A stretch of DNA of 64,000 bases from an uncultured Lachnospiraceae bacterium (lineage in GTDB: Bacteria; Bacillota; Clostridia; Lachnospirales; Lachnospiraceae), in the NCBI GenBank assembly GCA_944384105.1, contig CALWSC010000041.1, positions 2,763-66,762 of the forward strand. Reading direction: 5' to 3'. Made by a program: the position numbers and the translations under genes. Positions 1-10,038 of the stretch are shown here, one piece after another. The notes beneath the pieces are model-generated. The model saw nothing but the letters and a program-made list of their open reading frames with translations, did not search any database and was not told the DNA's origin. Numbering within the stretch: position 1 is the first letter of the stretch; the number at the start of each line of letters is the position of its first letter.

Positions 1-2826
1 TCCCGGCTCCTCTGACCACATTTCCCTGTAGGATGCGCCCCTTCGCGGATCCTCCATTTCCTCCCATTTCCCGCTGTACCTGACGCGCGGATCCCTGCAG
101 GAGACGATCAGCGCTTCCGGTTCCTGTACCTCTGCGCGTATGCTGTGGCTTCCGTCTGACAGAACCGTAAGCCCCTCTTTTGAAGAGGATTTCATAAGAT
201 GCGCTTCGTAAATATGCTCTTTCTGGGAGCGGAAATCATTTGTTCCGCGGTAGTCTACGTCATACTTCCCGTTTAAGACCACGCTCTTCATCTCATCCTT
301 CCATGGAATCTGCGGTTCCTGTCCGAACACGCTGCCCCTGCTGTACCGCAGGGCTGTGCCTTCTGTGCGTGCGATATGATCCTGAGGATATACGCTCCAC
401 TGTCCCTTCCTTCTCCAGCTCAGAGTGTCCATTCCCGGCGCGGCATCCAGCGAGACGCCGATTTCGTTAAGTCCTCCCGGCGTAACGCTTACGCGCAGCT
501 TGATGCGGTCCGGCATTGAAATATTCAGCTTATCTATGTGATATGTCATGTGAATCTTTCCATCCGGACAGAAGCGCAGGCGGAATGTTACTTTTGCCTC
601 GCTGCCGTACCATCCGCTCATTGTAACTGCCGGGACCCCGCTCTTTGACACCTCAAATTTTTCTTTTTTCCAGCTTCCCAGCTCTACGCCGTTCATATTG
701 ATATCCGGTCCGCCGACCAGAATACGTTCTCCGCCGACTGAGCCTTCCCGTATTCTCGCCGTCCTTATATCAAATGTCAGTCTGCTTTCCCGGCGTATAA
801 ACACAACCGTATCCTCTGTTCTCCTGATTTCCCAGTTTTGATCCTCTTGTGTGTCCTGCTGAGGGATTTCCCTTTTTCCGCTGTCCGTCAGTTGCAGGCA
901 GTACTCATCCACCGATTTTCCAAAGGCATCCGTCCAGCGCAGCGTGACCGTTCCGCCGTCCTGTGGAAGATCCTGCAGGCATAGTACTCCTGTACATCCG
1001 GGAGCAGCCTGCGGACCGTGTACTCTCCGGCTTATATTTCCTGCCGTATACAATACCTCTGTCTCGGACAGGTCTGTATGGCAGAAGCGGTTTTCCACCT
1101 CAATCTCCACGCTCTTATCTGCCCTGCGCTGTACGGCCCGCGCTTTTATTACAACAGGCGAATATGCCTTTCGCACAAGATACCATTCTGGTTTCTTTCT
1201 TCTCCAGATATCGATGATTCCCCATTCGAGCTGTGTATTGCCTCCGGTAAACACATCCGTCTCGTCAATTCCTGCCCAGATCGCGCCCCCGAGCGCTCCC
1301 GGAGTATTCCAGATCTTATCCCAGAAGCGTTTGATACTCTGTCCCCAGAAATTTCTCACATTGGGGTCCCGCCGGTGTTCTTCTCTGTTATAGCAGGGAA
1401 TATGGGCGTATTCATCATGGATTACCGGAACGTCTTTTCCCTCCATCAGCCCCACGCTCACGTTGTCTCTTTTCTCAGAGAGATCCACATCCTGATTGGT
1501 ATAGTGAATACTCCATACATCCACCGGTTCGTGTTCCGGCTGCATCGTCATCGGATAACTGAATTTTGTCATTCGGGTCGGATCCTTGCGGTGTACATAT
1601 CGATTCAGAAGATCAAAGTTATAGCCGCCGAAAGACTCATTGCACAAAGACCAGATAAGCACGCACGGATGGCTGTAGTCCCTTGCCATCGCCTCCTGGA
1701 AGTGTGACAGATACCGTCCGGTTTCTCCCGGATCTCTCTGTGTGTACGGCGTACTTTTTGCGATAAACGCAAGTCCCAGTTCATCCTCCACATAGATGCC
1801 TTCCCGGTCACATGCGTCCAGAAAATATTCGCTGGGGGAATAATGGGACGTCCGTATGTAATTACAGTTCGCCTCTTTAAAGAGCCGCACATCCTCATCG
1901 ATCATTTCCCTTGTCAGGCATCTGCCATGAAGCGGAGAGACTTCATGGCGGCAGACGCCCCGCAGCTTAATCTCCTTTCCGTTTACATAGACCCGGTTGG
2001 CACGCCGCTCGATCTGGCGGAATCCGAACTTTTTTCTCACGGTTTCCAGCACCGCTCCCTTTCTGCATACGCGAAGCTGCATCGTATACAGCCAGGGATG
2101 TTCCGCATCCCAAAGGGAAGGAGAGGAAATCTCTCTTTGTATTCTGCCGTCCCATACAGAATCCCGAATACTTTCACAAAAGTATGCTTCCGGGATTTCC
2201 ATACCGTAAGGGTCGAGAAGCCTTCCCTCAACCTCGCACCCTTCCAGGTGCGCCTGCGCAGAATAATCTACGGTCAGCCGGGCATTTTTATAGGACTCAT
2301 CCATCTCTGTGGACAGATGCAGCATGGAAATATAAGTCTGCGGCAAAAGATACAGCCAGACGCTGTGCAGAATTCCTCCATGGTAAAAAGAGCCCACACG
2401 GTCCTGCGTTTCATCCACATCCACCTGCAGAAGAATCTTCTCTTTTCCACTGCAGGCATCCGTGATATCCACTGTCCAGGTAAGAAAACCGTTTTTGTGT
2501 TCTGCCAGGAGTTCTCCGTCTGCATAGACTTTGGTAAAGCCGTTGACGCCTTCAAATTTTATCAGTTTTCTTGTGCCGCCCCACTCCGGCAAAAGCCGGA
2601 TTTCTCTGCGGTAGCTGTATCTCCCGGTAAAGCCGTCCGCTTCATCCGCATAATCTCCTATATATGAGGGAACCTGAATGGCATGCCACGTCCCCGCTTC
2701 TTCTCCCAGATGGCAAAACTCCCAGATACCGTCCAGGCACTGCACATTCTGATACTGCTGTTTTGACGGTTCCGGTTTCGGCGCCAGGCGCGGGATTTCC
2801 CTGTCAAATATTCCGATTTTATTCAT
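1..2826 (-). CDS. Glycoside hydrolase family 2 enzyme (beta-galactosidase/beta-glucuronidase-like); 3' end lies beyond the window start
   Basis: Absent from the ORF track because it runs off the window. My minus-strand translation from the ATG at 2824-2826 reads MNKIGIFDREIPRLAPKPEPSKQQYQNVQCLDGIWEF...KFEGVNGFTKVYADGELLAEHKNGFLTWTVDIT...YHGGILHSVWLY, a GH2 N-terminal pattern. It stays open to position 1. The ATG overlaps the upstream stop by 8 nt (ATGAATAA). Confidence 0.85.
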   Translation of the reverse strand, partial: MNKIGIFDREIPRLAPKPEPSKQQYQNVQCLDGIWEFCHLGEEAGTWHAIQVPSYIGDYADEADGFTGRYSYRREIRLLPEWGGTRKLIKFEGVNGFTKVYADGELLAEHKNGFLTWTVDITDACSGKEKILLQVDVDETQDRVGSFYHGGILHSVWLYLLPQTYISMLHLSTEMDESYKNARLTVDYSAQAHLEGCEVEGRLLDPYGMEIPEAYFCESIRDSVWDGRIQREISSPSLWDAEHPWLYTMQLRVCRKGAVLETVRKKFGFRQIERRANRVYVNGKEIKLRGVCRHEVSPLHGRCLTREMIDEDVRLFKEANCNYIRTSHYSPSEYFLDACDREGIYVEDELGLAFIAKSTPYTQRDPGETGRYLSHFQEAMARDYSHPCVLIWSLCNESFGGYNFDLLNRYVHRKDPTRMTKFSYPMTMQPEHEPVDVWSIHYTNQDVDLSEKRDNVSVGLMEGKDVPVIHDEYAHIPCYNREEHRRDPNVRNFWGQSIKRFWDKIWNTPGALGGAIWAGIDETDVFTGGNTQLEWGIIDIWRRKKPEWYLVRKAYSPVVIKARAVQRRADKSVEIEVENRFCHTDLSETEVLYTAGNISRRVHGPQAAPGCTGVLCLQDLPQDGGTVTLRWTDAFGKSVDEYCLQLTDSGKREIPQQDTQEDQNWEIRRTEDTVVFIRRESRLTFDIRTARIREGSVGGERILVGGPDINMNGVELGSWKKEKFEVSKSGVPAVTMSGWYGSEAKVTFRLRFCPDGKIHMTYHIDKLNISMPDRIKLRVSVTPGGLNEIGVSLDAAPGMDTLSWRRKGQWSVYPQDHIARTEGTALRYSRGSVFGQEPQIPWKDEMKSVVLNGKYDVDYRGTNDFRSQKEHIYEAHLMKSSSKEGLTVLSDGSHSIRAEVQEPEALIVSCRDPRVRYSGKWEEMEDPRRGASYREMWSEEPG

Positions 2827-5716
2827 ATGCCTCTGCCTCCTCACGATCTGTCAGCCGTATTACGACACGGTACGTCCTGCCCGGTTCTATTCGCACGGGC
2901 TCCTTCATATAGCATCCTCTTACCAGCCTCGTATAATTAAACCCGTGATCCAGTATCATGCGGACCTGACGTTTTTCCTTATTTCTGAGTACCTCAATAA
3001 AGTCAAAAGAAACCCAGGTATCGTTTCCTCCGCGCGGTCGCTCACCCAGGACTTCCAGGCGCAGTGTATGCATCCCTTCTGAAAGTCCCCGGACTTCTGC
3101 CATACAGACACGGTAGCGTTTCTCATATCCGCGGCTTGCCGCTGCGATATCCACCGGTTCCGGGAAACTGCTGCCTCTTTCTATGACGGTATTTCCATCG
3201 ATTTTCACGCGGTACAATCCTCCGATATGATCCGCCGGTCCATAAAGCGCCACTCCTGTCCCCTGAAAATCCACTTCCATAAAATCTCCCGCCGTGCGGC
3301 TGAGCGTTTCTGTCCCTCCCAGGTTTCCGGATGCATCCTTCATCTGCACCCACGATCCACAGCAGGTAATCTTCGGATCATTGTCATTGATAATATCTTT
3401 TGGCAGCGCTTCCTCTTGCATGCGGATGCTGCAGGCATCCTCCGGAAGAATCAAGAGCGCGCTTTTCTGTTTTCCAGTTACCGCTGCATACAGAATATCG
3501 TGCTTCATACTCTCAAAGTCTTTTTTATTTTCTCTGGGTGCCGTTCCTTTGGTCCTTCCCGGATGATCCTGCGGATAGATCTCCCAGAGCCCCCGACGGA
3601 TCCAGTGCAACTGCTGTGTTTCTCCCGGAAGTACAAAGGAAATGCCAAGCTCATCCAGTCCGCCCGGATCCAGGCCGATCTGCGCTTTTACGCGCGGAGG
3701 CATCGGACGGTACAGTTCTGTCGCCGCGTATTCGATTTCCATAGTTCCGCCGGCGGATACCGTGATGGTGAACTGTACCCGGCAGATGTCGCATTTCCCT
3801 GCCAGCAGGATTCGGATTCCATTCGGGACCCCGGACACCCGGGGCGCTTCCGGTCTCCACTTCCCCTGCTGCATTTTTGTGATCTGCAGATACGGACCGC
3901 TCTCTATCAGTTTCTCATTATTTCTCCACACGCCGCAGATCAGCCCTGTTTTTTCGGATACCGCGATTTTCAGTCCTGTCTCTTTACCTATACAGAAAAT
4001 CGTCTCCCTGGCTTTGCGGATCAGAAACGGCGCGGCGGATGTTTCCCGACATACGGTTCCCTTTTGTTTTTGCTTTTCCCATTCGCCGCGCGCCGCCAAT
4101 GTCCCTCCTGTAAACGCCATTCTCAGATGGTGATACTCCGGCTTTGGCTCATGCCGGGCGTCCAGAACTCCCCATCCGCAGTCTTTGAGCTGCTCTGAGA
4201 ATTTCCCGTCCTCATCGTATGCCGCCATCACGGAACCTCCCAGCGTCCCGGGCGTCTGATTCATCTTCTCCTGAAAACGGACAATCGTCTCGCCCCAGAA
4301 TTCATGAATTCCGTAATCCCGCAGGATCTCATCCCTGTTGTAGCATGGCAGATGCGCATAAATTTCATGCAGCACCGGCTTTTCCTCCCGCCGGGACTGA
4401 CCGGTTACATATCCGATCTCATTTTCGCTGCCGTTGGCGTGTCCGATCTCCATGTGGTCATACATCACATCCAACGGCTGCTTCCAGTCCGCATACAGCA
4501 CGCTCCACACATCGGGCTGCAGATCCTCTTTGGGAATTGTCATCGGATAGCTGAAGTTCCAGAGCTGCTCCGGGGCGAGCGCTTTTGCCATCTCAGCGCA
4601 GAGGCGAAAATTCGCGCCCCAGATGCTCTCGCTTCCCACATTCCACAGCAAAACGCTCACATAGTTTCGCGAAGCTTTCACAAGTTCCGAAAACTGTTCT
4701 GCATACATCGCCCGGCAGTCCGGCAGATTGTGAGTTGCCCGGACTGCGCGCCCGACCTGATACGCTGACATGGACTGCTCTGTGAAAAATCCCATCTCAT
4801 CGCAGAGTCTCAGCAGCTCTTCTCCAAACGGGTAATACAGACTTCTCAGGTAATTTACGCCCGCTTCCCGAAACAGTTTTAAATCCTTTCTCAGCAGTTC
4901 TTTATCATCCCCCAACGGTTCCCGATAACACAGCCCCCGCAGCTTCAGCGGGCTGTCATTCCAGAGTACCTGCTGATCGGCCGTGCGGATCCTGCGCAGG
5001 CCTATACGGCTTCTGACCTCTTCCAGAACCCTGCCGTTTTGCAGCACCTGCAGCGTCAGATCATACAGTATCGGATGCTCCGGACTCCACAGACGGGCTT
5101 CCCACACGTCCAGAGAAAGTACGGCGTCCGGTCTGTCCGGCGTGATTTCCTGCTCTTTTTGAAGTGAGACGGCGTTTCCCCCTGCATCCGTCAGCCCGGC
5201 CCGTATAGATATCCCGCTTCCGGCGCCGTCTCTTTCAGAGAATGCCGCGTCCGCCCGAATCTGTACCTGCCACGGTTCCCCGCATACCGTTTTCACCGAA
5301 TAATTTTCCAGATATATCTGCGGCAAACATACAAGAGCGATTTTTCCAAAAATCCCCGCCCGTTCAAACGGACTTAAATTTTCTGTGTCCTCCTGCAGTC
5401 TCAGACTCAGCTTTCTCCTGGCGCTGCCGTTTTTTTGCAGGCGCACCTCCCAGTCCGTAAAGCCGCCGTAATGCTCTCCTATTTTCCTGCCGTTTTCAAA
5501 CACCTCCGCGCGGCACCCGACCCGGTGCATCCGAAGCAGCAGCACACTGTGTATTTCCTCCTGTGTAAGCGCCAGATCAGCCTCATAGATCTGAACGCCG
5601 TCCTGTCCCTCGTCGCTCTGCCGCATAAATTTCAGATCCCGCACGCGGCAAACTCCATCTGATAAACATTCCGGCAGCGGCACAAGATGCCGGACATACT
5701 GCTCCCAAAGCTCCAT
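2819..5716 (-). CDS. GH2-like glycoside hydrolase with extra C-terminal beta-sandwich (CBM-like) module
   Basis: 965-aa ORF with a GH2-type sugar-binding region and a TIM-barrel segment (LKLRGLCYRE...GVNYLRSLYYP...LLWNVGSES). The last ~170 aa look like a carbohydrate-binding module. GGGAGG RBS about 7 nt upstream. Confidence 0.8.
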   Translation of the reverse strand: MELWEQYVRHLVPLPECLSDGVCRVRDLKFMRQSDEGQDGVQIYEADLALTQEEIHSVLLLRMHRVGCRAEVFENGRKIGEHYGGFTDWEVRLQKNGSARRKLSLRLQEDTENLSPFERAGIFGKIALVCLPQIYLENYSVKTVCGEPWQVQIRADAAFSERDGAGSGISIRAGLTDAGGNAVSLQKEQEITPDRPDAVLSLDVWEARLWSPEHPILYDLTLQVLQNGRVLEEVRSRIGLRRIRTADQQVLWNDSPLKLRGLCYREPLGDDKELLRKDLKLFREAGVNYLRSLYYPFGEELLRLCDEMGFFTEQSMSAYQVGRAVRATHNLPDCRAMYAEQFSELVKASRNYVSVLLWNVGSESIWGANFRLCAEMAKALAPEQLWNFSYPMTIPKEDLQPDVWSVLYADWKQPLDVMYDHMEIGHANGSENEIGYVTGQSRREEKPVLHEIYAHLPCYNRDEILRDYGIHEFWGETIVRFQEKMNQTPGTLGGSVMAAYDEDGKFSEQLKDCGWGVLDARHEPKPEYHHLRMAFTGGTLAARGEWEKQKQKGTVCRETSAAPFLIRKARETIFCIGKETGLKIAVSEKTGLICGVWRNNEKLIESGPYLQITKMQQGKWRPEAPRVSGVPNGIRILLAGKCDICRVQFTITVSAGGTMEIEYAATELYRPMPPRVKAQIGLDPGGLDELGISFVLPGETQQLHWIRRGLWEIYPQDHPGRTKGTAPRENKKDFESMKHDILYAAVTGKQKSALLILPEDACSIRMQEEALPKDIINDNDPKITCCGSWVQMKDASGNLGGTETLSRTAGDFMEVDFQGTGVALYGPADHIGGLYRVKIDGNTVIERGSSFPEPVDIAAASRGYEKRYRVCMAEVRGLSEGMHTLRLEVLGERPRGGNDTWVSFDFIEVLRNKEKRQVRMILDHGFNYTRLVRGCYMKEPVRIEPGRTYRVVIRLTDREEAEAYE

Positions 5717-5757
5717 AATAAACCTCCCTTACCGGCGGAAAAGGCGTATAACGCCCG

Positions 5758-6564
5758 TCAGCTTCCGCGTTTTTTCAGTTTTAAAATTTCTCTTGCCTCC
5801 CGGGGAGTCGCCGGCTTCAGCCCCATTGCGCGAATCAGCTCCGCCGTTTTCTCCACAATCTGGTAATTGTATCGGGCGCGGGTGTTCTCGTCCAGATAAT
5901 CACTGTCCTCAAATCCCACACGCACAATCACCGCTCCCATGGCAATTGCCGCCGCCAGGAATATCCAGTTGTCTCTTCCGAAATGTGTGACGCCCCACAG
6001 GGCATTTTCCGGCACAAAGGAGCGGAACGCGCTCAGGGCTTCCATAGTCGGCTGCATACCGCCCTTATGCCCGAATACCAGATTATATAAGATTGGTTCT
6101 GCAAAGGGCTGATCCTTCTCCACAAGCGCCATATTGTTAAGCATTCCTATGTCGAATACCTCTGTCTCCGGAAGGATTCCCCGCCGGTATACCGCGTCCG
6201 CGCAGTATCGGATATCGTCAAAGCTGTTAATATACACATTTTCCCCGAGATTTGTCGAACCGCCGTTCAGGGAAGCGCTCTCCACCTTCTCATAGTCCAG
6301 AGGATTGCAGCGCTCCCGGATATTCATATCCGATACGCCTCCGGTGGACGCCTGTACCACCACGTCGGTCTTTTCCAGGATTTTTTCAAAACACGCTTTC
6401 ATATATGTAATATCCGGCGTCAGGCTGCCATCCGGTTTTCTGCAGTGCAGATGACACATGGCGGCTCCGGCTTCAACGCTTCGTTTTACATCTTCTGCAA
6501 GTCTGTCGGCGTTTACAGGCGTGCCCGCCTGTACCGGCGCCAGCGATATAATGACTTTTCTCAT
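5758..6564 (-). CDS. BKACE/DUF849 family beta-keto acid cleavage enzyme (3-keto-5-aminohexanoate cleavage enzyme-like)
   Basis: 268-aa ORF. It has the AAMCHLHCRKPDGS HxH metal motif and a length and sequence pattern typical of DUF849. Confidence 0.8.
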   Translation of the reverse strand: MRKVIISLAPVQAGTPVNADRLAEDVKRSVEAGAAMCHLHCRKPDGSLTPDITYMKACFEKILEKTDVVVQASTGGVSDMNIRERCNPLDYEKVESASLNGGSTNLGENVYINSFDDIRYCADAVYRRGILPETEVFDIGMLNNMALVEKDQPFAEPILYNLVFGHKGGMQPTMEALSAFRSFVPENALWGVTHFGRDNWIFLAAAIAMGAVIVRVGFEDSDYLDENTRARYNYQIVEKTAELIRAMGLKPATPREAREILKLKKRGS

Positions 6565-6579
6565 AATGCACCCGTCCTT

Positions 6580-8013
6580 TCACATCAGCTCTTCTACAAT
6601 TTCACGCAGAGTCGTTTTTTCTCCCACGTTCCCCGGGAAAATAATATACGGCATTTGGGGAAATTTACTCTCCGCTCCCGTCAGCCATACCGGTATTCCC
6701 TTCTTTATCTGCCCCAGAACCAGCGCCTTTTTCACCTTCAGCGCTTTGGTTCCAACATCGCTTGAGGTAATTCCCCCCTTTGCCACAATAAATCCGGGTC
6801 TTACCTCAAAGCGTCCTATGATGCCGGTCAGCGCTTCCGAAATTTTTACGGACGCCTCCAGTATTTCATCCGGGTCTGCTCCGTCCGGCACGAGGAGCTT
6901 TCTGCTGGTATAAATAACCGCCGTCTTTCCCTCTGTTATCCATTGCTGCGCTCTGGCAGCGATTCTGTCCGCCTCGCGTTCCAATCCGTGAGGATTAAAG
7001 TAGGTATTGACGTCAAATTCCAGAAAGGCAAGCTCCTTTTGTGATTCTCTCAGGCATTCCATCTGCTGCGTACTTTTCTTTACATGGGACCCGATCAGAA
7101 CAATTCCTCCGTTCGTTTCACCCTCGCGCGCCAGCTCTTTTCCTGTCAGAAGCGGTCTGTCGGAAATATCCGCCAATACCTTTGGAAATGCCGCCGCCGT
7201 CCGGGCAAGGAAATGTTTTCCGTCTTTCAGCGCGCGGATAAACGCCGCGCAAAAGACCTTCACATCCTCGTATTCCACCGCGTTTACGATAATTTTCGCG
7301 AAACCGCGCGCAGCCATCAGCTTCCTGTAGATTCCCTCCACGTCAAAACTCCTGAGTTCCTTTATCGAAATGCAGACGCATCCGCCGGCCGGATATCTGC
7401 CGGCGGTCTTTTCCTCCACATATTCCGTCAGATCCGACGCCCGGTAACCAAACGTTTTATCCTGCGCGAACTCGGTCATTCCCGCCGGAACCAGCAGTTG
7501 ATCCTCTCTGACATAATGGACATTTTCAAAAGTATATCTTCCCCCTTCCGGGAAAAACGGACAGATCACTTCGCCGTCAAACGCGTATCCCTGAGCCAGA
7601 GAAATACCGTTTTCAAGCGCTTCTGTCTCCAGCGGATAATGGCCTCTCAGCGTGGAGTCCCCCCGGGAAATCACAAAAAAATCCTTTCCTGTTTCCCGTG
7701 CCGCACGGCTTATGTTCTCCGCGATCTGTCTGTGCGCGGTTTTCGTCTCCTCTGTGGAAAAGCTCCGGGAATTTGTCAGGACAAAGAACATCTGTCTTTC
7801 ATCTTCAAACGCCTCTCTAAGCGTTTCCGGCTCCCAGTCGGTATATACAAAAATATCATGTACCGTCTGCACTCCGGTGGGATCATCGTCCAGAACAACG
7901 ATTTTTCTGTCAAAATTTTTCAGTTCCTCTCTGAGCGTTTGCTCCGCCCGTTCGGGATCTGCCGCCGGAAACTGTTCCAGTACAGACAGCGGCTGTTTCT
8001 TCAGTCTGCTCAT
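6580..8013 (-). CDS. Four-carbon acid sugar kinase family protein (DUF1537)
   Basis: 477-aa ORF with the N-terminal IVVLDDDPTGVQTVHD motif typical of DUF1537 kinases. AAAGGAG RBS upstream. 15-nt gap to the BKACE gene. Confidence 0.8.
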   Translation of the reverse strand: MSRLKKQPLSVLEQFPAADPERAEQTLREELKNFDRKIVVLDDDPTGVQTVHDIFVYTDWEPETLREAFEDERQMFFVLTNSRSFSTEETKTAHRQIAENISRAARETGKDFFVISRGDSTLRGHYPLETEALENGISLAQGYAFDGEVICPFFPEGGRYTFENVHYVREDQLLVPAGMTEFAQDKTFGYRASDLTEYVEEKTAGRYPAGGCVCISIKELRSFDVEGIYRKLMAARGFAKIIVNAVEYEDVKVFCAAFIRALKDGKHFLARTAAAFPKVLADISDRPLLTGKELAREGETNGGIVLIGSHVKKSTQQMECLRESQKELAFLEFDVNTYFNPHGLEREADRIAARAQQWITEGKTAVIYTSRKLLVPDGADPDEILEASVKISEALTGIIGRFEVRPGFIVAKGGITSSDVGTKALKVKKALVLGQIKKGIPVWLTGAESKFPQMPYIIFPGNVGEKTTLREIVEELM

Positions 8014-8065
8014 CTTTTCTCCTTTCTGACGCGTTCACTGCGTCAATACTGGCAGTTGGATGTTT

Positions 8066-10024
8066 TCAGAGATACGCAACCGGAAACCAGATGCGCATCT
8101 CTCCAAATCCCCTGTTGTCCCACGCATAATAGGGAATAAAGCGGACTGTCTGCTTCTTCAGGCCTGCGAATTTCAGCGGCTGATAAAGCGCTTCTCTGTC
8201 GTACGCTTCTCTTCTGATACAATATTCCTCCGCTTCCAGCGCCTGAATCTTTCTTCCCGCAATCTCTGTTTCTGTCTGCCGGTACTGCGCGTTCAGATTC
8301 AGTAAAATATCATCCAGCGTCTCCACGTCAGCATCCGGCGTCTCGCAGCAGTACACCAGCGACCCATATTCGACTGCTGCCTGATTCGTATCTTCTTCTA
8401 CCATGCCGTTTGCCACAGTATAGCGCGCCTTCATCTCAAAGAAGACCTCCACCTCTGTCTTTGACGGTTCTTCCACTTCCACAGTCTGATAGGAGGAGGA
8501 CTCCTCTGCAGTCAGCTTCCTTGTCTTATGATTTACACGGATATATCCATTCTCCGCCCAGTCCGGAACACGGATGTTCAGCCGGAATCCCCGGTCAGAC
8601 TTTACATTTTCAAATGTAAACCGGATCTCCCCGTTCCACGGGTAATCCGTCTGCTGCACCAGCGTAAACTCCGCGCCGTTTTTCAGCCGGATCTGCGCCC
8701 GGTTTGCTCCGTACAGTCCCGTCCATACCGTATCCTCCGAGACCATGTACGCATACTCGCAGGACTGTGCGATGGTTCTCGCCAGATTCGGCGGACAGCA
8801 GTAGCTCAGAATATATTCCGAGCGCGTCAGCGGCCAGATCAGTTCATAGTCGAGCTTCTTTGTGCGGCGAAGCATATTTTCATAGAAAAATTTCTTCCCG
8901 TCCAGGCTGACTGCTGCCAGATTGGTATTCAGCATCATGCGCTCGATTACGTTAAAATACTCTGCCCTGGGATCGATCTGAAACATCCGGTACGCCCAGA
9001 ATACTCCTCCCAGGGACGCGCATGTCTCATTGTAGGCAGTAATATTCGGAAGCTGATATTCATAGCCGTACGCCTGATGAATCTTCTGATCCGCAAAGAA
9101 ATTTCCGTAAGGCGACGTCCCGTTATACAGCGCGCCGCACCCTCCGGTAATGTAAAGCTTCCTGTCAATGAGGTTTCTCCATACGCTGTCAAGTACCTTT
9201 CTGTATGCATCGTCGTTTTCCTCAGCGCAGAGATCCGCTACGCCCGCGTACAGATAATTCGCACGCACCGCATGGCCGATGATCTTCCTGTGCTCCTTCA
9301 GGGGGATCCTGTCCTGGTTATCGTCAAGTCCGTCCCGCACACTGTCCCTCAATACGATCGCCTGCTTTGCCAGGTTCAGATATCTCTTTTCCCCGGTCGT
9401 GCGGTACAGCTCGATCAGCCCCATATAATGCGAGGGGCACACCGCGGTCTGTACCTCTCCGGTACGCGCTGCCTCCGCATACATATTCTCAAGATAATCT
9501 GCCGCCTTTACGGCAATCCTCATAAAATTATCTTTGCCGGTCAGTCTCTGATACAGGCATGCCGCTGTAAACAGATGGCCGAAATTATATACCTCGAAGT
9601 CATTGATATCTCCCATTCTGGATATGCCGTTTCCCCGGCGTTCCCCGATAATCTGCTTTGTCGAAAGATAGCCGTCCGGCTGCTGCGCCCTGCCGATCAG
9701 ATCAATATACGCATCGATCTGTTCCAGAAGTGTTTGATTACCCGTCTTTGCCGCCGTATACATTGCGGCTTCCATCCATTTATAAAAATCTCCGTCTCCA
9801 AACACGGTTCCGTCGAAATCCCCGTCCGCCTCATTGGCGCAGATCCGGAAGTTTTCCAGTACATGGCTGATTTCTTTGCTCTCAAACATGTGCTGAAGCT
9901 GTAAAACCGTACTTTGCGCACATGTGTCAAACCGTTCCTTCCACAGTCCTTTTGTCCAGTTCACTGCCATCCCGTCCACCGGAGAGACCATGGCATACGG
10001 AGATTTTCTGGTATCTGTCAGCAT
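8066..10024 (-). CDS. Glycoside hydrolase family 127 (DUF1680; beta-L-arabinofuranosidase-like)
   Basis: 652-aa ORF carrying the NETCAS and YCCPPN motifs, which correspond to the Glu/Cys zinc and catalytic Cys cluster of HypBA1-type GH127. Confidence 0.85.
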   Translation of the reverse strand: MLTDTRKSPYAMVSPVDGMAVNWTKGLWKERFDTCAQSTVLQLQHMFESKEISHVLENFRICANEADGDFDGTVFGDGDFYKWMEAAMYTAAKTGNQTLLEQIDAYIDLIGRAQQPDGYLSTKQIIGERRGNGISRMGDINDFEVYNFGHLFTAACLYQRLTGKDNFMRIAVKAADYLENMYAEAARTGEVQTAVCPSHYMGLIELYRTTGEKRYLNLAKQAIVLRDSVRDGLDDNQDRIPLKEHRKIIGHAVRANYLYAGVADLCAEENDDAYRKVLDSVWRNLIDRKLYITGGCGALYNGTSPYGNFFADQKIHQAYGYEYQLPNITAYNETCASLGGVFWAYRMFQIDPRAEYFNVIERMMLNTNLAAVSLDGKKFFYENMLRRTKKLDYELIWPLTRSEYILSYCCPPNLARTIAQSCEYAYMVSEDTVWTGLYGANRAQIRLKNGAEFTLVQQTDYPWNGEIRFTFENVKSDRGFRLNIRVPDWAENGYIRVNHKTRKLTAEESSSYQTVEVEEPSKTEVEVFFEMKARYTVANGMVEEDTNQAAVEYGSLVYCCETPDADVETLDDILLNLNAQYRQTETEIAGRKIQALEAEEYCIRREAYDREALYQPLKFAGLKKQTVRFIPYYAWDNRGFGEMRIWFPVAYL

Positions 10025-10038
10025 TTTTTATCCTCCTG

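Noticed and set aside
7084-9904. Long plus-strand ORFs (351 aa at 7084..8139 and 458 aa at 8528..9904). Similar antisense ORFs occur elsewhere: 16307..17368 (+), 24779..25774 (-), 28873..29889 (-), 42313..43293 (-), 44731..45384 (-), 60195..61439 (+).
   Set aside because: Each lies entirely opposite a gene with clear family motifs. Their translations are Arg/Pro/Ser/Leu-rich low-complexity sequence without RBS or recognisable motifs. This is the typical antisense open-frame artefact of moderately GC-rich coding DNA.
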